64,000 nt of DNA from NCBI GenBank assembly GCA_963741945.1, contig CAVUKA010000003.1:529051-593050 (forward strand), in the 5' to 3' direction. The translations under genes were made by a program, and so were the position numbers. Below, piece by piece: positions 28,163-37,397 of the stretch (within the stretch, counting starts at the first letter, position 1; each line of letters opens with the position of its first letter). The notes beneath the pieces were generated by a model, which worked only from the letters and a program-made list of their open reading frames with translations, had not been told where the DNA came from and ran no database searches. This DNA is from an uncultured Gemmatimonadales bacterium. Lineage in GTDB: Bacteria; Gemmatimonadota; Gemmatimonadetes; Longimicrobiales; RSA9.

Positions 28163-31100
28163 TCAGGTGCCGAAGCGTTCCTGGAGGCTCCGCACCTCGC
28201 GTTTGCGGCGGGTCAGCGCGATGACGGCGTCGGCGGCGGCGCTGGCGGCGGACATGGTGGTGCAGTACGGGACCTTGTAGGCGATGGCCGTGCGGCGCAT
28301 GGCGTAGTCGTCGAACTGCGACTTCTTGCCCAGCGGCGTGTTGATCAGCAGCTGGACGTCGCCGCTGATGATGCCGTCGGCGATGTTCGGCCGGCCCTCG
28401 CCCACCTTGTAGATGGGGGTGGCCGGGATCCCGCGGGCGCGGAGGTAGCGCGCGGTGCCCCCCGTCGCCCGGATCTCGAAGCCGAGCTCGTGGAAGCGGC
28501 GGACGATGGGCGTGACCGTGGGCTTGTCGTTGTCGTTCACCGTGACCACGATGGTTCCGCCGGTGGGGAGCGACGCGCCGGCGGCGACCTGCGCCTTGGC
28601 GAACGCCATCCCGAACGAGCTGTCGAAGCCCATCACCTCGCCCGTGGACCGCATCTCGGGGCCGAGGAGGATGTCCACGTTGAACTTGTCGAACGGGAAC
28701 ACGGCCTCCTTCACGGCGACGGCCGCGGGCGCCGGCTCCGAGGTGGGTTCCAGCCCCGCTTCCGCCAGCGATTTTCCGCCCATGATGGAGGAGGCGATGC
28801 GGGCGAACGGGATGCCCGTGGCCTTGGCGACGAACGGCACGGTGCGCGACGCGCGCGGGTTCACCTCCAGGACGTAGACCGTCCCATCTTTGATGGCGAA
28901 CTGGACATTGATGAGGCCGACCACGCCGAGCTCTCGCGCGAACAGCCGGGTCAGCCGCTTCATCTCCGCCACTTCGGCATCGGCAAGGAGGTAGGGGGGG
29001 AGGACGCAGGCGGAGTCGCCCGAATGGACGCCGGCGTCCTCAATGTGCTGCATCACGCCCGCGATGACGGCGTCGGTCCCATCGCAGACGGCGTCCACAT
29101 CGGCCTCGAACGCGTCCTCCAGGAACCGATCGATGAGGACCGGGTGGTCGTGGCTGGCGCGCACGGCGCGGTCGAAGTAGGCGCGCAGGGAAGCGTCGTC
29201 GTATACGATCTCCATGGCGCGCCCGCCGAGGACGTAGGAGGGCCGGACGAGCACGGGGTACCCGACCTCCGCGGCCACTTCGACGGCGCGGTCCACGCTG
29301 CTGGCGATGCCGCTGGGGGGCATCGCCGCGCCGATCTCGCGGCAGAGGGCGGCGAAGCGGTTCCGGTCCTCGGCCCGATCAATGGCATCCACGGACGTCC
29401 CGAGGATCCTCACGCCGAGCGCGGCCAGCGGCTCCGCCAGCTTCAGCGGGGTCTGGCCGCCGAGCTGCACGATGATCCCCTCCGGCCGCTCCCGCTCGAC
29501 GATCTCCAGCACGTCCTCCAGCGTGAGCGGCTCGAAGTAGAGCCGGTCACTGATGTCGAAGTCCGTGGATACGGTCTCGGGATTCGAGTTGACCATGATG
29601 GTCTCGAAGCCGTCGTCGCGCAGGGCGAGCGCCGCCTGCACGCAGCAGTAGTCGAACTCGATCCCCTGCCCGATGCGGTTGGGCCCGCTCCCCAGGATCA
29701 TGACCTTCCGCGCGCCCGTGGGCTCCGCTTCCGACTCGCTCTCGTATGCGGAGTACAGGTATGGCGTGGCCGCCGGGAACTCGCCGGCGCAGGTGTCCAC
29801 CATCTGGTACGTGGGGCGGACGCCCAGGGACCAGCGGAGGGCGCGGATCTCGGCCTCGGTCACCCCCCGCAGCCGGGCCAGCTGCGCGTCACCGAAGCCG
29901 AGGCGCTTCATGCGACGCAGGGCGGGGGCATCGATTCCGGGGAAGGCTTCCGTCGCGGGCACCCCACCTTCATCAACAGCGTTCGACACGAAGGACTCGG
30001 AGGTGTCGAAGAGGTCGAAGGACCTCTGTTCCGGAGGTTGCCCGGGGTGCGTCGGGTCACCGGGCGACGGATGCTCCCCGTGCGCCGGAGCCCACCACGC
30101 CTCCGCCTCCTGCAGCTCCCGCAGCTGCGCCAGGAACCACGGGTCGATGCGGGTGAGCTGGTGCAGCTCCTCGATCCCGAACCCGCCCTCGAACGCGCGC
30201 TTCAGCTGGAACGGCCGCTCGGCGGTGGGGCGACGCAGGGCGGTGCGGAGCGTCTCGGGCTGGTCGTCCGCGAGTCCATCGTCGCCGGGACGAGGCGAGG
30301 CCGTCCAGCCATCCCGGTCGATCTCCAGCCCACGCAGCCCCTTCTGCCACGCCTGCTTGAACGTGCGGCCGATGGCCATGGTCTCGCCCACGGCCTTCAT
30401 CTGGACGCCGAGCGTGTCATCGGCGGTGGGGAACTTCTCGAACGCGAAGCGCGGGAACTTCACGACCACGTAGTCCAGCACGGGCTCGAAGGATGCGGGC
30501 GTCTGGCGGGTGATGTCGTTGGGGAGCTCGTCCAGGCGGTAGCCCACGGCCAGCTTCGCGCCGATGCGGGCGATGGGGAACCCGGTGGCCTTGGACGCCA
30601 GCGCCGACGACCGGCTCACGCGCGGATTCATCTCCACCACCAGCAGCTCGCCATCGTGCGGACTGACGGCGAACTGGATGTTGCAGCCGCCCGCGTCCAC
30701 GCCGATCTCCCGGATGATGGCGATGGCCGCGTCGCGCATGCGCTGGTACTCGACGTCCGACAGGGTCTGGGCCGGCGCCACGGTGATGCTGTCGCCGGTG
30801 TGCACGCCCATCGGATCGACGTTCTCGATGGAGCAGACCACCACCACGTTGTCGGCGGAGTCGCGCATCATCTCCAGCTCGAACTCCTTCCACCCGATGA
30901 CGCTGCGGTCGATCAGCACCTCGTGCACGGGCGAGAGGTCGAGTCCGCGCTGCACCGCGGTGCGGAACTCCTCGAGGTTGTACGCGATCCCGCCGCCCGT
31001 TCCGCCCAGGGTGAAGGACGGGCGGATGATGGCGGGGTAGGCGGTGTCCTCGACAATGGCGAGGGCGTCATCGAGCGAGCGGGCGAAGCCGCCGTGGGGG

Positions 31101-31528
31101 ACGGCCAGGCCGATGCGGGCCATGGCGCGGGCGAACTCCTCGCGGTCCTCGGCCATGCGGATGGCGCGGGCGTCGGCGCCGATCAGCGCCACGTTCCACC
31201 GCTCCAGGACGCCGGTGTCGTAGAGCTCGAGCGCCACGTTCAGCGCGGTCTGCCCGCCCATGGTGGGAAGCAGCGCGTCCGGCCGCTCGCGCTCGATGAT
31301 GCGCTCGACCCACTCCGGCGTGATCGGCTCGATGTAGGTCCGGTCCGCGAGGTCCGGGTCCGTCATGATCGTGGCCGGGTTGCTGTTGACCAGGATCACG
31401 CGGTAGCCCTCCTCGCGGAGGGCGCGGATGGCCTGCGTGCCGCTGTAATCGAACTCGCACGCCTGCCCGATGACGATGGGGCCGGAGCCGAGGAGGAGAA
31501 CGCTGCGGAGGTCGTCCCGGCGAGGCAC
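28163..31528 (-). CDS. carB: Carbamoyl-phosphate synthase large subunit
   Basis: 1121-aa ORF with a GTG start. [24 protein letters not shown], a duplicated ATP-grasp halves pattern (second half [22 protein letters not shown]), and a C-terminal MGS-like domain. Confidence 0.95.
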   Translation of the reverse strand: MPRRDDLRSVLLLGSGPIVIGQACEFDYSGTQAIRALREEGYRVILVNSNPATIMTDPDLADRTYIEPITPEWVERIIERERPDALLPTMGGQTALNVALELYDTGVLERWNVALIGADARAIRMAEDREEFARAMARIGLAVPHGGFARSLDDALAIVEDTAYPAIIRPSFTLGGTGGGIAYNLEEFRTAVQRGLDLSPVHEVLIDRSVIGWKEFELEMMRDSADNVVVVCSIENVDPMGVHTGDSITVAPAQTLSDVEYQRMRDAAIAIIREIGVDAGGCNIQFAVSPHDGELLVVEMNPRVSRSSALASKATGFPIARIGAKLAVGYRLDELPNDITRQTPASFEPVLDYVVVKFPRFAFEKFPTADDTLGVQMKAVGETMAIGRTFKQAWQKGLRGLEIDRDGWTASPRPGDDGLADDQPETLRTALRRPTAERPFQLKRAFEGGFGIEELHQLTRIDPWFLAQLRELQEAEAWWAPAHGEHPSPGDPTHPGQPPEQRSFDLFDTSESFVSNAVDEGGVPATEAFPGIDAPALRRMKRLGFGDAQLARLRGVTEAEIRALRWSLGVRPTYQMVDTCAGEFPAATPYLYSAYESESEAEPTGARKVMILGSGPNRIGQGIEFDYCCVQAALALRDDGFETIMVNSNPETVSTDFDISDRLYFEPLTLEDVLEIVERERPEGIIVQLGGQTPLKLAEPLAALGVRILGTSVDAIDRAEDRNRFAALCREIGAAMPPSGIASSVDRAVEVAAEVGYPVLVRPSYVLGGRAMEIVYDDASLRAYFDRAVRASHDHPVLIDRFLEDAFEADVDAVCDGTDAVIAGVMQHIEDAGVHSGDSACVLPPYLLADAEVAEMKRLTRLFARELGVVGLINVQFAIKDGTVYVLEVNPRASRTVPFVAKATGIPFARIASSIMGGKSLAEAGLEPTSEPAPAAVAVKEAVFPFDKFNVDILLGPEMRSTGEVMGFDSSFGMAFAKAQVAAGASLPTGGTIVVTVNDNDKPTVTPIVRRFHELGFEIRATGGTARYLRARGIPATPIYKVGEGRPNIADGIISGDVQLLINTPLGKKSQFDDYAMRRTAIAYKVPYCTTMSAASAAADAVIALTRRKREVRSLQERFGT

Positions 31529-31531
31529 CGG

Positions 31532-31648
31532 CTAGTCGGCCTCCTCCTTCCCTCGCTCCTTCCGCAGGGCGGTGACCGTGATCAGGATGAGGCCGCCCCA
31601 GATGAAGCCGCCGATGAGGACCATTGTCGCGATGGCTGCGGTGTTCAT
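31532..31648 (-). CDS. 38-codon membrane micro-protein resembling MetS-type NSS-transporter small subunits
   Basis: MNTAAIATMVLIGGFIWGGLILITVTALRKERGKEEAD. The IWGG core and length fit my recollection of the MetS/MaAIMP small-subunit family. The stop lies 3 nt before the carB GTG. Confidence 0.4.
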   Translation of the reverse strand: MNTAAIATMVLIGGFIWGGLILITVTALRKERGKEEAD

Positions 31649-31934
31649 CGGATCCCGTGGAAGGATTGCGTTCGGGACGGTATGATGGGCGGCAGCCGTG
31701 GGGTCGCGCAAGCGGCGCCGTCCGGCGGGGAGCGGACCGGGCGACGGGCCCTGGCGCGCCTGGCCCCATCGCCCCATTCTAGCGCCCTCGCTGCCGGGGT
31801 CGTGCGGGTCCGAAAGACGGGTCCGAAAGACGGATCCCCGCCAGCGCTCCGAGGTCCGGCTCTTGCATTCGGTCACCCGCACCGGGATGGGGCGCTGTCC
31901 CGGAGCCGGATACGGCGCGCTCGTCGCCCTGCTC

Positions 31935-32285
31935 ATGCGTGGCGGCGTTCGATGGATAGATGAACGGGACCGCGAGCACGATCAGTTCTGGAGGTACACG
32001 TTGGACAGCGCCTATCCGGCCGTCGAAGAACGCCTCGGAACCCTCATCATCGAAGGGCAGCGCCAGGAAGTGTGGGTCCGGTCGACACCCGACACGGACG
32101 GCACCTGGCACAACGCACTCCTCTTCCGGCGTGGCGGGAAGCTGTCTCCGCCCGAGCCCATCGTGGCCGGCGTGGACTGGCACGTTCCGCCGGGGATCGC
32201 CCTCGAGCGCGCCCAGGAGCTGGCCCAGCGCGAGCAGATCCAGTTGTTCCAGCGTGCCCAGCGCCCCCGGCCGCCGCTCTTCTGA
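31935..32285 (+). CDS. Hypothetical protein
   Basis: Internal ATG of track ORF 31698..32285. Third-position GC bias is present. DREHDQFWRYTLDSAYPAVEERLGTLIIEGQRQEVWVRSTPDTDGTWHNALLF. No family recognised. Confidence 0.45.
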   Translation: MRGGVRWIDERDREHDQFWRYTLDSAYPAVEERLGTLIIEGQRQEVWVRSTPDTDGTWHNALLFRRGGKLSPPEPIVAGVDWHVPPGIALERAQELAQREQIQLFQRAQRPRPPLF

Positions 32286-32600
32286 TCACGCGGAGGTGCG
32301 GAGGAAGCGGAGAGCGCGGAGAACAGCGGTCCACGCGGAGGCGCGGAGAACGCGGAGAACGGCCCACGCGGAGGAAGCGGAGAGCGCGGAGAACAGCGGC
32401 CCACGCGAAGGCGCGGAGAACGCGGAGAACGGCCCACGCGGAGGAAGCGGAGAGCGCGGAGAACAGCGGTCCACGCGGAGAGCGCGGAGAGCGCGGAGAA
32501 CGCGGAGAGCGGCCCACGCGGAGGAAGCGGAGAGCGCGGAGAACAGCGGCCCACGCGAAGGCGCGGAGAGCGCGGAGAACAGCGGCCCACGCGCGGGGCG
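32286..32600. repeat. Hierarchical tandem repeat built from GCGGAGARC 9-mers (nine ~33-40 nt units, ~70-80 nt super-period)
   Basis: CCACGCG(G/A)AGG anchors recur near 32286, 32330, 32363, 32400, 32433, 32470, 32512, 32550 and 32585. Two unit types alternate: ...GGAAGCGGAGAGCGCGGAGAACAGCGGY and ...GCGCGGAGAACGCGGAGAACGGC. GAGGAAGCGG recurs at 32301, 32371, 32441 and 32521. Confidence 0.85.
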
Positions 32601-32926
32601 TGCAGGGACGGCGCGGCGCGTGGCGGGCTGATCGTCCGGGATCGGGAGGGGCTGAGCGCCAGTGGCGCGCCGGGCCGGGAGGCGGCCGGGGCGTCGATGT
32701 GGCGGGGAAGCACGAACTCCAGCTGCGGGCGCCGATTGGCGGGCTGGTCTCGGCTCAGGTCTTGGTGGCTTCGTTCCTTCGTGGCTTCGTGCGATATCCG
32801 CCGGCGGGAAGCGCGCCCGCCGTCCGCGTTGACGCGCCAGTCGCCCGCGCCGACGGGGTCCGCCGCGCCGCCCCGCCCTGCCCTGCCCTCATCCGGACGG
32901 CTTGTTCCGCCGGTCTTCGTGCCTCG

Positions 32927-33493
32927 CTACTGGGAGAGCGACGCCACGTAGCCGGCCACCGCCCGAACCTGTTCCGGCGTGAGCGTAGCACCGCCCATGG
33001 CGGGCATGGGCGCCGGATGTGAGACGGGGTTCGGCACACCCTTGGTGATCAGCTGCGCCAGCGCATCCACATCGGGCCCGGGCACGTGCAGCCATTCCGA
33101 GTCGGTGAGGTCGGGCGCCAGCTGGGTCCCTTTCGCATCCGGGCCATGGCAGGTGTAGCAGTTGCCCTCGCCGTGGAAGATGGCCTTCCCCTGGTCGTAC
33201 TGGGCCTGCGTGACTCCGGGGGCCAGCGCGACTGCGGTCTGGGCTCCTCCGGCGGCCGTCTGGGTGCTCTCCGGCGGTGCGCCACCGCCCGGTGCGGGCG
33301 TTTCGATGATCTCCGCCCGCGGGCGGTTGGGCTGCCCGATGCCTTGCATCTCGCTGCCCGGCTCCTGGCCCACGAAAAGGCCCGGGTTCTCCAGTGGCGC
33401 CTTCGTGTATCCCCGGTCGTCGTTCGTTCCACCGCCACCGCACGCAGTGAGCGTCAGGGCGCTGGCGAGCAGAAGAAGAAAAGTGGAGCGCAT
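32927..33493 (-). CDS. Lipoprotein c-type cytochrome (single haem)
   Basis: Start set at MRSTFLLLLASALTLTACGG (ATG 33493). Haem motif CYTCH. C-terminus KGVPNPVSHPAPMPAMGG. Confidence 0.75.
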   Translation of the reverse strand: MRSTFLLLLASALTLTACGGGGTNDDRGYTKAPLENPGLFVGQEPGSEMQGIGQPNRPRAEIIETPAPGGGAPPESTQTAAGGAQTAVALAPGVTQAQYDQGKAIFHGEGNCYTCHGPDAKGTQLAPDLTDSEWLHVPGPDVDALAQLITKGVPNPVSHPAPMPAMGGATLTPEQVRAVAGYVASLSQ

Positions 33494-33674
33494 CCATCCT
33501 CCAGAAGGGATCCTGGGTGTGGGAGCGCGCAAAGATACCGTAGCGCGCGGGCTGGCGCCAGCGGGCGGCGCGTGGACGGGCGGAAACACGACTCTTGACT
33601 TTGTCCTATATTCGTTGTCCATTGGCGACATTCCAGGACAATCGGTCCGAACCCCCTTCCGTACAGGAGCCACA

Positions 33675-34061
33675 ATGGCCGATGCGAATCCTGCCGTCAT
33701 GAAGATGGTAGAGTCGGAATTGACGAAGAACCCTGACATCTCCAATCCGGAGCTGTTCGAGCAGGCCAAGGAGATCGACGCGAGCATCGGAGAGCTCTCC
33801 CCCCGCCAGTTCAACGCCACCTACCCGCTGCAGGTCAAGCGGGCGATCGCGCCGAAGAAGGCGCCGCGGAAGCGGAAGCCCAGGGCGAAGAAGGCGAGCG
33901 AGCGGCCGGTGCCGACGCAGGATCGCGGCCGCGACCGGGTCCGCACGGTCCTGCTCGAGCTGGCGCGCGACGTGGCCAACGCCCAGGGGAAAGGCGACGT
34001 GGTGGACGTCATTGTGGGGATCGACGGGTACGTGGATCGCGTTGTGAAAGCGGCCACCTGA
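33675..34061 (+). CDS. Hypothetical protein with a central Lys/Arg/Pro-rich tract
   Basis: ATG 33675 preceded by CAGGAG. MADANPAVMKMVESELTKNPDISNPELFEQAKEI...APKKAPRKRKPRAKKASERP. An AT-richer upstream region contains TTGACT. Confidence 0.55.
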   Translation: MADANPAVMKMVESELTKNPDISNPELFEQAKEIDASIGELSPRQFNATYPLQVKRAIAPKKAPRKRKPRAKKASERPVPTQDRGRDRVRTVLLELARDVANAQGKGDVVDVIVGIDGYVDRVVKAAT

Positions 34062-34068
34062 ATACGCG

Positions 34069-34097
34069 AGCGGCGGCCGGTCACGCCGGCCGCCGCT
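34069..34097. terminator. 12-bp GC hairpin between convergent genes (possible bidirectional terminator)
   Basis: AGCGGCGGCCGG-tcacg-CCGGCCGCCGCT, read directly from the sequence. No U-tract. Confidence 0.35.
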
Positions 34098-34162
34098 GCC
34101 GCGAACGCCGCCAACAGGCCGCGGCCCGCTCCCGCCTCATTCCGCGGCCGCCCGCTCCCGCC

Positions 34163-34924
34163 TCACTCCGCCGCGGCCCGGTCCACGAGCCAGAGCACAC
34201 CGATCACCGCCCGCACCATTGCCGCCGGAGGCGGACTTTCCGCTCCCCTGCCCGCATCACCGCTCCGAACACCGTCCATGATGGCGCGGACACGGCGGAG
34301 CGCATCCCGCTTCTCCTCGCCAGACACCAGGAAGAGCGCGCGCCGGGACGCGTTGATGGCGCGCAGCGTGAGCGTTACGCGGGCGGCGGGCGGCGCGTCC
34401 GGCGGGGCGACCGCCGGGCGGGCCCAGCGGCCGTCTCCGGCGTCTACGCCCCCGGGGAAGAGCGACGCGGTGTGGCCATCGCGTCCGAGGCCGAGGAGGG
34501 CCAGGTCGAACGCTGCATCGCCAGCGTCCGGGTCCACCGGTGGCGCAGGGGTGCCAAAGAAGCGGGCGAGCTCGGCGTCGTATGCGGCGGCAGCGCGGTC
34601 GGGCCCCAGCTCGCCCCGGATGCGGTGCACGTCCAGAGCCGGCTCGAGCGCGTCCAGGAGCGCGGTTGCGGCGAGACCGTAGTTGCTGCGGGGATCGTCC
34701 GGCGGCACGCAGCGCTCGTCGCCCCAGAAGAGAGTGGTCCGGTCCCAGGGCAGCCGATCACGGAAACCGGTCGCGAAGAGCTCGTACAGGCGACGCGGGG
34801 TATGGCCGCCGGACAGCGCCATGGTGAACCGGCCGCGCGCCTCCACGGCGTCCGCGGCCGCGCGGGCCACTTCCCCGGCCGCGGCCATGCTGACCGCTTC
34901 CAGGTCCGGGAGGACGCGGATCAC
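34163..34924 (-). CDS. pgl: 6-phosphogluconolactonase
   Basis: Start set at GTG 34924 (GTGA overlap with the zwf stop). FTMALSGGHTP, FWGDERCVPPDDPRSNY, DLALLGLGRDGHTASLFPG. Confidence 0.8.
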   Translation of the reverse strand: MIRVLPDLEAVSMAAAGEVARAAADAVEARGRFTMALSGGHTPRRLYELFATGFRDRLPWDRTTLFWGDERCVPPDDPRSNYGLAATALLDALEPALDVHRIRGELGPDRAAAAYDAELARFFGTPAPPVDPDAGDAAFDLALLGLGRDGHTASLFPGGVDAGDGRWARPAVAPPDAPPAARVTLTLRAINASRRALFLVSGEEKRDALRRVRAIMDGVRSGDAGRGAESPPPAAMVRAVIGVLWLVDRAAAE

Positions 34925-36381
34925 CGGAGCTGCCAGGTAACGTCGTCGCCCGGATCGAGGTTGCGGTCGGCCGCGGCCGGGCCGCGGCTGCCGGCGGCGT
35001 AAGGGAGCGGCTCCGGCTTGTGGGCGAGGAGGGGGTCGTAGAGCCGCCAGGCGGCCTCCACCTCGTCGGCATGGACGAAGAGGGTCTGGTCGCCCTGGAC
35101 GATATCCCGGAGGAGCGTCTCGTAGGCGTCGGGCAGGGGTGCGAACGCCTCGTCGTAGCGGAAGCGCAGCCGCTGGCTGGCGAGCTCCACGCCCTCCCCG
35201 GGCGTCTTCACCTCGAAGCCCAGGTCGAATCCCTCGTCGGGCTGCAGGGTGAGCACGAGCACGTTCGAGCCGAGGCGGCAGGCGTCCTGAAACGGCTCGA
35301 AAATCTCCACGGGCGGACGGCGGAACGTGACCACGATGCGGGTCAGCCGTCGGCCGAGGCGCTTGCCCGTGCGGAGGAAGAACGGCACGCCCTGCCAGCG
35401 CCACGTGGCGACATCGAGGCGGAGCGCCGCGAACGTCTCCGTGCGGGAGTCCGGGGCGACGCCCGGCTCGTCGCGGTAGCCGGGCACCGCTTTCCCGTCG
35501 ATCTCCCCCGCGGCGTACTGCCCGAGGACCATGGCATCGGGGTCGAGGGGCGCGATGCTCCGGAGCACTTTGACCTTCTCGGCGCGGATGGCGGCCGCGT
35601 CGAATGCCGCGGGCGCTTCCATGGCGACGAGGGTCAGGAGCTGCGTCGCATGATTCTGGATCATGTCCCGCAGCGCGCCCGCGTGCTCGTAGTACGCGGC
35701 GCGGTGCTCCACGCCCAGCGACTCGGCGACCGTGATCCGGACGCTGGCCACCCGGTCCCGGTTCCAGACGTCCTCGAAGACAGGGTTGGCGAAGCGGAAC
35801 ACGAGGAGGTTCTGGACGGTCTCCTTGCCGAGATAGTGGTCGATGCGGTAGACCTGGGACTCGTCGAAGTGCCGGTGGACGAGCGCGTTGAGCGCGCGGG
35901 CGGACGCGAGATCGCGGCCGAACGGCTTCTCGATGACCAGGCGCGTCCAGCCGGGACCCTCGGCGAGCCCGGCATCGCCCAGCGCCATGATGGTGCCGGG
36001 GAAGGCATCGGGCGGGAGGGCCAGGTAGAAAACGCGGTTGCCGGGCAGGCCGTGCTCGGACTCCACCGCCTCGATGCGCTCCTTCACGGCCGTCCACGAG
36101 CTGGCGCTGGTCTCGGGGAGCGGCATGTGGTGAAGCTTTCGACCGCACCAGTCCAGGGCGGCGGGGTCGGTAACGCCCGCCCGGTCCAGCGCCGCGCGGG
36201 CGAAGTCGCGGTAGGCGTCATCATCCATGTCGGCCGTGCGGGAAACCGCCAGGACCACCGATTCCACATCGCTCGCCCGCCCCAGGGCGCGGGCGAGCGC
36301 GGGCAGCAGCTTCCGCTGGGCCAGGTCACCGGTCCCGCCGACGATGACGAAGAGGTGGGGGTCCAGCGCGGGGCCGGACAC
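34921..36381 (-). CDS. zwf: Glucose-6-phosphate 1-dehydrogenase
   Basis: 486-aa ORF. FVIVGGTGDLAQRKLLPAL, EKPFGRDL, YRIDHYLGKETVQNLLVFRFAN. Confidence 0.92.
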   Translation of the reverse strand: MSGPALDPHLFVIVGGTGDLAQRKLLPALARALGRASDVESVVLAVSRTADMDDDAYRDFARAALDRAGVTDPAALDWCGRKLHHMPLPETSASSWTAVKERIEAVESEHGLPGNRVFYLALPPDAFPGTIMALGDAGLAEGPGWTRLVIEKPFGRDLASARALNALVHRHFDESQVYRIDHYLGKETVQNLLVFRFANPVFEDVWNRDRVASVRITVAESLGVEHRAAYYEHAGALRDMIQNHATQLLTLVAMEAPAAFDAAAIRAEKVKVLRSIAPLDPDAMVLGQYAAGEIDGKAVPGYRDEPGVAPDSRTETFAALRLDVATWRWQGVPFFLRTGKRLGRRLTRIVVTFRRPPVEIFEPFQDACRLGSNVLVLTLQPDEGFDLGFEVKTPGEGVELASQRLRFRYDEAFAPLPDAYETLLRDIVQGDQTLFVHADEVEAAWRLYDPLLAHKPEPLPYAAGSRGPAAADRNLDPGDDVTWQLR

Positions 36382-37290
36382 CTACGCCTCCCTCCGCACG
36401 GGATGGCCCCCGAACTCGTTGCGCATCATGGCGAGGAGCCGATCGGCGAACGAGTCCTCCACCCGGGAGCGGAGACGCGCCTGGAGGGCCAGGGTGATGA
36501 CGGGCGCCGGCACGTCCAGGTCCATCGCCTCCGCCGCGGTCCAGCGTCCCTCGCCCGAGTCCGCCACCCACGGGGCGATCCCATCGAGACCGGGATTGTC
36601 GTGGAGCGCGGCCGCGGTGAGGTCCAGGAGCCAGGAGCGGACCACGCTGCCGTAGCGCCAGATCTCGGCGACCTGCTCCAGGTCGAGGTGGAACTGCTCC
36701 TTGGCGCTCAGGACGTGGAACCCTTCGGCATACGCCTGCATGAGGCCGTACTCGATGCCGTTGTGGACCATCTTGACGAAGTGACCGGCGCCGGACGGGC
36801 CCACGTGCCCCCAGCCTCGATCCTCGGCCGGCGCCAGCGCCTCCAGCACGGGTCGAAGCCGGTCGACCGCGCCAGCCTCGCCGCCCACCATGAGGCTGTA
36901 GCCCTCCTCCAGCCCCCAGACGCCGCCGCTCGTGCCCACGTCCACCCAGGCGACGCCGGCCGCGCCCACCCGCTCTCCGCGACGGAGCGTGTCGCGGTAG
37001 TACGAGTTGCCGCCGTCGATGAGGATGTCGCCCCGATCCAGGTGCGGGAGGAGGCCATCGACCGTGTCATCCACGGGCTTGCCGGCGGGGACCATGATCC
37101 AGACAGCACGCGGCGACGCCAGCGTGCCCACGACGGCATCGAGGGTGTCCACCGTGACCACGCCCTTCTCCTCCGCACGATCCCGGGCCTCGGCCCCGGG
37201 GTCCCACCCCACCACGCTGTGACCGGCGCGCACCAGCCGCTCGGCCATGTTCGCGCCCATCCGGCCCAACCCGATCATACCGATGTACAT
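36382..37290 (-). CDS. gnd: 6-phosphogluconate dehydrogenase, decarboxylating (short ~300-aa type)
   Basis: Start set at MYIGMIGLGRMGANMAERL (ATG 37290). DGGNSYYRD, GTSGGVWGLEEGYSLMVGG, GAGHFVKMVHNGIEYGLMQAYAEG. The stop abuts the zwf GTG. Confidence 0.88.
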   Translation of the reverse strand: MYIGMIGLGRMGANMAERLVRAGHSVVGWDPGAEARDRAEEKGVVTVDTLDAVVGTLASPRAVWIMVPAGKPVDDTVDGLLPHLDRGDILIDGGNSYYRDTLRRGERVGAAGVAWVDVGTSGGVWGLEEGYSLMVGGEAGAVDRLRPVLEALAPAEDRGWGHVGPSGAGHFVKMVHNGIEYGLMQAYAEGFHVLSAKEQFHLDLEQVAEIWRYGSVVRSWLLDLTAAALHDNPGLDGIAPWVADSGEGRWTAAEAMDLDVPAPVITLALQARLRSRVEDSFADRLLAMMRNEFGGHPVRREA

Positions 37291-37397
37291 GGGAGTCCTT
37301 TCATTCACGGTTCCACGTCGATCCCGCGGGAATGGAGCTCCGCCCGCAGCCCGGCCGCCGAGCGGTACTGCATGGCCCGGACCCCGAACCGACGGGG

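Noticed and set aside
27683-31963. Very long ORFs antisense to real genes (for example 27683..31963 +, 24969..28280 +, 43039..47151 -, 57517..60414 +, 1750..3789 -, 8095..9621 +, 60665..62626 +)
   Set aside because: These are typical high-GC shadow ORFs. Their translations are Arg/Pro/Gly/Ala noise without motifs, and the opposite strand encodes clearly recognisable proteins (carB, priA, RND pump, YyaL, kinases, PolX).
32286-32600. Possible CRISPR array: ~30-37 nt repeats recurring at 70-80 nt spacing
   Set aside because: The would-be spacers are near-identical copies of each other and are built from the same GCGGAGARC 9-mers as the repeats. No cas genes or leader are present. It is a degenerate tandem satellite, not a CRISPR array.
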